From assembly GCA_963803435.1 (NCBI GenBank), contig CAWDML010000009.1, positions 960,001-1,024,000 on the forward strand: a stretch of DNA of 64,000 bases, read 5' to 3'. Position 1 is the stretch's first letter. The number at the start of each line of letters is the position of its first letter. Of this stretch, positions 60,747 through 64,000 are shown in pieces. This DNA is from an uncultured delta proteobacterium (lineage in GTDB: Bacteria > Myxococcota > Kuafuiibacteriia > Kuafuiibacteriales > Kuafuiibacteriaceae). Position numbers and translations under genes: made by a program. Under the pieces are notes generated by a model. The model did no database searches. It had not been told where the DNA came from and was given only the letters and a program-made list of their open reading frames with translations.

Positions 60747-62105
60747 GTGGAGCTGTCGAACAGCTACGCCGAGCTGCCGGACCGCTTCTTTCAGCGGATT
60801 GACCCGGTCCCCGTCGCCCACCCTCGACTGCTCCTGTGGAACGCGCCGCTGGCCGAGGCGCTCGGGATCCACGAGACCCTCCCGGAGGACGAGTCGGCGA
60901 TCGCCGCCTGGTTCGCCGGGAACGCGCGCCTCCCGGGCTCGGAGCCGTTGGCGCTCGCCTACGCCGGCCACCAGTTCGGACACTTCGTGCCGCAGCTCGG
61001 CGACGGCCGGGCCCACCTACTGGGCGAGGTTCGCGACCGCTCGGGACGGCTGTGGGACGTGCAGCTGAAGGGCTCGGGACCCACCGCGTTCTCGCGCCGT
61101 GGCGATGGCCGATGCGCGCTCGGCCCGGCGATCCGCGAGTTCATCATGAGCGAGGCGATGCACGCCCTGGGCGTGCCCACGACCCGAACCCTCGCGGTGG
61201 TGACGACCGGCGAGCCGGTGCTCCGCGAACGACGGCTTCCCGGTGCGATCGTCACGCGGGTCGCGGCGAGCCATCTGCGCGTGGGGACCTTCCAGTACTT
61301 CGCCGCACGCCGCGATCAGGAGGCGCTCGAGGCGCTCCTCGACTACGCCATCCAGCGCCACTATCCGGACCTCGACCGCGCACCGGATCGGGCGTCCGCC
61401 TTCGTACGCGCGGTGACCGCGCGGCAGATCGACCTCGTCGTGGATTGGATGCGGGTCGGGCTGATCCACGGCGTCATGAACACCGACAACACGGCGATCT
61501 CGGGGGAGACGATCGACTATGGACCGTGCGCCATGCTCGGCATCTACGATCCCGAGACGGTCTACAGCTCGATCGACGCCAGGGGACGCTACGCCTTCGG
61601 CAACCAGCCCCTGATCGCCGGCTGGAACATGGCGCGCCTGGCCGAGTGTCTGCTCCCGCCGCCGGAGGTCGAGTCGATCGTCGCGGCCTACCCCCAGCAG
61701 CTCGAAGCGGCGTGGTTCGCGATGATGGGCAAGAAGCTCGGCATCGCGACGGTCACAGAAGACGACCACGACCTCGTGACCTCGCTCCTCGCTCGCCTCC
61801 AGCAGCGGCGGCTCGACTACACGATCGCGTTCCAGCGGCTGGACGATCTGGGCGAATGGTCGCAGCGCTGGCGTGCGCGCGCCGACGCGCTCGAGAGAAT
61901 GGAGCGCGCCAACCCGCTCGTCATCCCGCGCAACCACCACGTCGAGGCGGCGCTGGAGGCCTGCGTCCGGGACGGCGATCTCGAACCGACCCGCCGGCTG
62001 CTCACCGTGGTGCGCTCGCCGTACACGCGGCTCGACGCGACCCCGGACTACCAGGAGCCTCCGCCCGACGGCGACGCCGGCTACCAGACGTTCTGCGGCA
62101 CCTGA
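60747..62105 (+). CDS. selO: Protein adenylyltransferase SelO (YdiU)
   Basis: YAGHQFG, LGDGRA, QLKGSGPT.FSR.GDGR, HGVMNTDN, DYGP, NP..IPRNH, YQTFCGT. Confidence 0.95.
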   Translation: MELSNSYAELPDRFFQRIDPVPVAHPRLLLWNAPLAEALGIHETLPEDESAIAAWFAGNARLPGSEPLALAYAGHQFGHFVPQLGDGRAHLLGEVRDRSGRLWDVQLKGSGPTAFSRRGDGRCALGPAIREFIMSEAMHALGVPTTRTLAVVTTGEPVLRERRLPGAIVTRVAASHLRVGTFQYFAARRDQEALEALLDYAIQRHYPDLDRAPDRASAFVRAVTARQIDLVVDWMRVGLIHGVMNTDNTAISGETIDYGPCAMLGIYDPETVYSSIDARGRYAFGNQPLIAGWNMARLAECLLPPPEVESIVAAYPQQLEAAWFAMMGKKLGIATVTEDDHDLVTSLLARLQQRRLDYTIAFQRLDDLGEWSQRWRARADALERMERANPLVIPRNHHVEAALEACVRDGDLEPTRRLLTVVRSPYTRLDATPDYQEPPPDGDAGYQTFCGT

Positions 62106-62127
62106 GCTCGGCGACTCCGCACCCGAT

Positions 62128-62811
62128 TCAGGCGCGCTCGTCCGCCACGTCCTGGATCGCGATCGCCGGTCCCGCCATCAGGATCCCGCCGACCCACAGC
62201 ACCCGGATCGCCCAGACCCACCCGACCGACGCCCCCGCCGCGCTCCGATGCAACGCCAGCGGGAAGAACAGCAGCGCGAACCCGAGCAGCGCCATCGCGC
62301 CGCCCGCGAGGAGCTGCCGCCGCCGCCCCGGCCGCACGATGAGGTCGATCCCAGCCGACAACGCGGGGACCAGCCCCGCGGGATCCCACGCGCGCACGAA
62401 GACGTCCCGCCGCAGCCAGCAGAGCGCGACACCGCCCGCACCGATCATCACGAACGGAGACATCGAAGCCGCAGACGGATGCGTCCCGTACGCCGCGATC
62501 ATCTCCGCTCCGTCCGGCTCCATGCCCACTGCGATCCGGATCGCGACGCTCCCTGCGATCCAGAGCAACGCGAGCCCGCCGGTGAGGAGCGCCGGCGTGG
62601 ATCGCCAGCGCGCCGCCGTCACCGCCGTCGCAGCGAGACCATAGATCGCGGCCAGCAACGCCGACGGCAGCGCGCCGATCCGCAATCCGCCGGTGATCGA
62701 CAGCGCCAGCACCACGCCACCGACGAACGGCAGCAGCAGAAACGCGAGCACCGCCGCGTTCGGTCCCTTGCGTCGCGCGAGGTCGAGCGAAGACTCGCCA
62801 GGCTTCAGCAC
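62128..62811 (-). CDS. Hypothetical multi-pass membrane protein
   Basis: About six hydrophobic segments. Confidence 0.55.
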   Translation of the reverse strand: MLKPGESSLDLARRKGPNAAVLAFLLLPFVGGVVLALSITGGLRIGALPSALLAAIYGLAATAVTAARWRSTPALLTGGLALLWIAGSVAIRIAVGMEPDGAEMIAAYGTHPSAASMSPFVMIGAGGVALCWLRRDVFVRAWDPAGLVPALSAGIDLIVRPGRRRQLLAGGAMALLGFALLFFPLALHRSAAGASVGWVWAIRVLWVGGILMAGPAIAIQDVADERA

Positions 62812-62879
62812 CCGACCAGGCTAGCAGCGCCCCTCCCAGCGCTTCGACCGCACAGCCCCGCACCTCGACCCACCGGATG

Positions 62880-63321
62880 TCAGAAGGACGGTAGGGAGCA
62901 GCGCATCTCGTCGCCGGTGGATCGAACCCGGAGGATCGGCGACGCGGTGCTGGTGCCCGCTTTGAGACCGGAGATCGCGTAGTCGCCCGCCGGCAGCGGC
63001 GGGGTCTCGCACTGGACGGTCGCGATGCCGCACACGGCGGGGCACGCCAGGTCGCGCCGCAACGTACAAGACTGGCCGACCATCACGACCTTCAACATGT
63101 CGCCGCTCCGCTCCACCGTGCAGCCGGAGATGCTGCGGCCGCAGCCGGTGCAACCCTCCCGCGCCTCGATCTGGATCGGGGTGTCGACGGGGGCGCTGTT
63201 CGGCACGCAGACCGCATCCGCGAGGCCGCGGATGTCGGTGCAATCAGTCACGTCAGCGTCGGTGTCGGCCGCGCAGCCGGTCGCGATGAGGAGGAGGGCG
63301 GAAAGGCGGATGAGCTTCACC
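62880..63321 (-). CDS. Cys-rich lipoprotein (start approximate)
   Basis: LLLIATGC lipobox; CPAVC and LPAGDY motifs. Confidence 0.65.
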
Positions 63322-63538
63322 GTCGCGAGGCTAAGCAAGAGCAGTACCACGGCTCGTCGAATGGAAAACGAGGTCGCGACCGACGCTGGCGTCGCGGTGA
63401 CCGTGGACCTCCACCGCCTCGAGGGCGCGCGGCCCGGATTCGTCCGGATTCGTCCGGCTTCCTCCGGCGAGCGCCCGGACGACACGTCGGCGGACGAGCA
63501 CCCCTGACCTGGCGCGCTCGTTGCTCTCCGCGCAGCGC

Positions 63539-64000
63539 ATGCGAAGACACACTCTCTCGATCATCCTCGCGTCGCTCGCGATCTCGAGCTGCGGTTTCTC
63601 ACGCGTTCGTTCCGGGCCCACCTTGGACACGTATCGAGTGCGCCGGGCGAAGATCGCGATCGTGTCTCTTTACGTCAACGACTACCGGCCCATGGTGGCC
63701 CATCTCCGGTCATCGAGCGGCAGTATCGAGCGGCTCGCGTCGGAGCGGCTCGGAGAGATGGTGGCGATCGCCGAGAAGGAGCTCGGCGCCGACTTCGAGG
63801 TGATCGGCACCAGCGGCTTCACGATGGATGGCGGATATCGCGAGCTCTCCTCGCCCGCGAAGTTCGACATCCTCCTCCCTGCGTTCGAAGGGATCTCCAT
63901 GCCGGTCTTCTCCGAGACCGAGGACGACCTCGTGAAGTCGCGTCTGGCGCCGGAGCGAGCTCGCCAGCTGTGCGCGCTCCTCGGCGTGGACATGGTCGCG
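63539..64000 (+). CDS. Putative lipoprotein, runs off the window end
   Basis: MRRHTLSIILASLAISSC then open to 64000; absent from the ORF track because it has no stop. Confidence 0.6.
   Translation, partial: MRRHTLSIILASLAISSCGFSRVRSGPTLDTYRVRRAKIAIVSLYVNDYRPMVAHLRSSSGSIERLASERLGEMVAIAEKELGADFEVIGTSGFTMDGGYRELSSPAKFDILLPAFEGISMPVFSETEDDLVKSRLAPERARQLCALLGVDMVA

Overview
High-GC bacterial DNA, most likely Myxococcota. The evidence is a MYXO-CTERM protein, a TIGR02996-domain protein, many DxG-linker and Cys-rich lipoproteins, and Hanks-type kinases. It holds about 50 real genes, and most listed ORFs are GC-driven antisense or shadow ORFs. I saw no rRNA, tRNA or CRISPR. Several genes are split by single-base frameshifts, which may be long-read errors, but some lesions (internal deletions, a nonsense codon) look real. 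Three things stand out. (1) A tightly coupled operon at 11164-19580 encodes an AarF/ABC1 kinase fused to a ribosomal L7/L12 C-terminal domain, a multi-pass membrane protein with an apparently dead M48/HtpX-like domain, an orphan MotA/MotB-like stator pair, two Cys-rich exported proteins, and a Kbl-like protein lacking its PLP lysine. This is the best candidate for an undescribed ion-motive-force-driven system. (2) Two copies of a CTAG-targeting IS1182-derived cassette (2700-3721 and 28336-29611) have ~66-bp inverted ends containing GGGACC arrays and carry an Avd/IVS-like four-helix-bundle passenger gene. (3) A LanM-like enzyme has an intact cyclase but a degenerate dehydratase kinase loop. Other content includes a dnaK/dnaJ/cbpM cluster, corA, iorAB, a decayed MacAB-TolC operon, ppsA and selO. 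All family assignments come from motif recognition by eye; no database searches were run.
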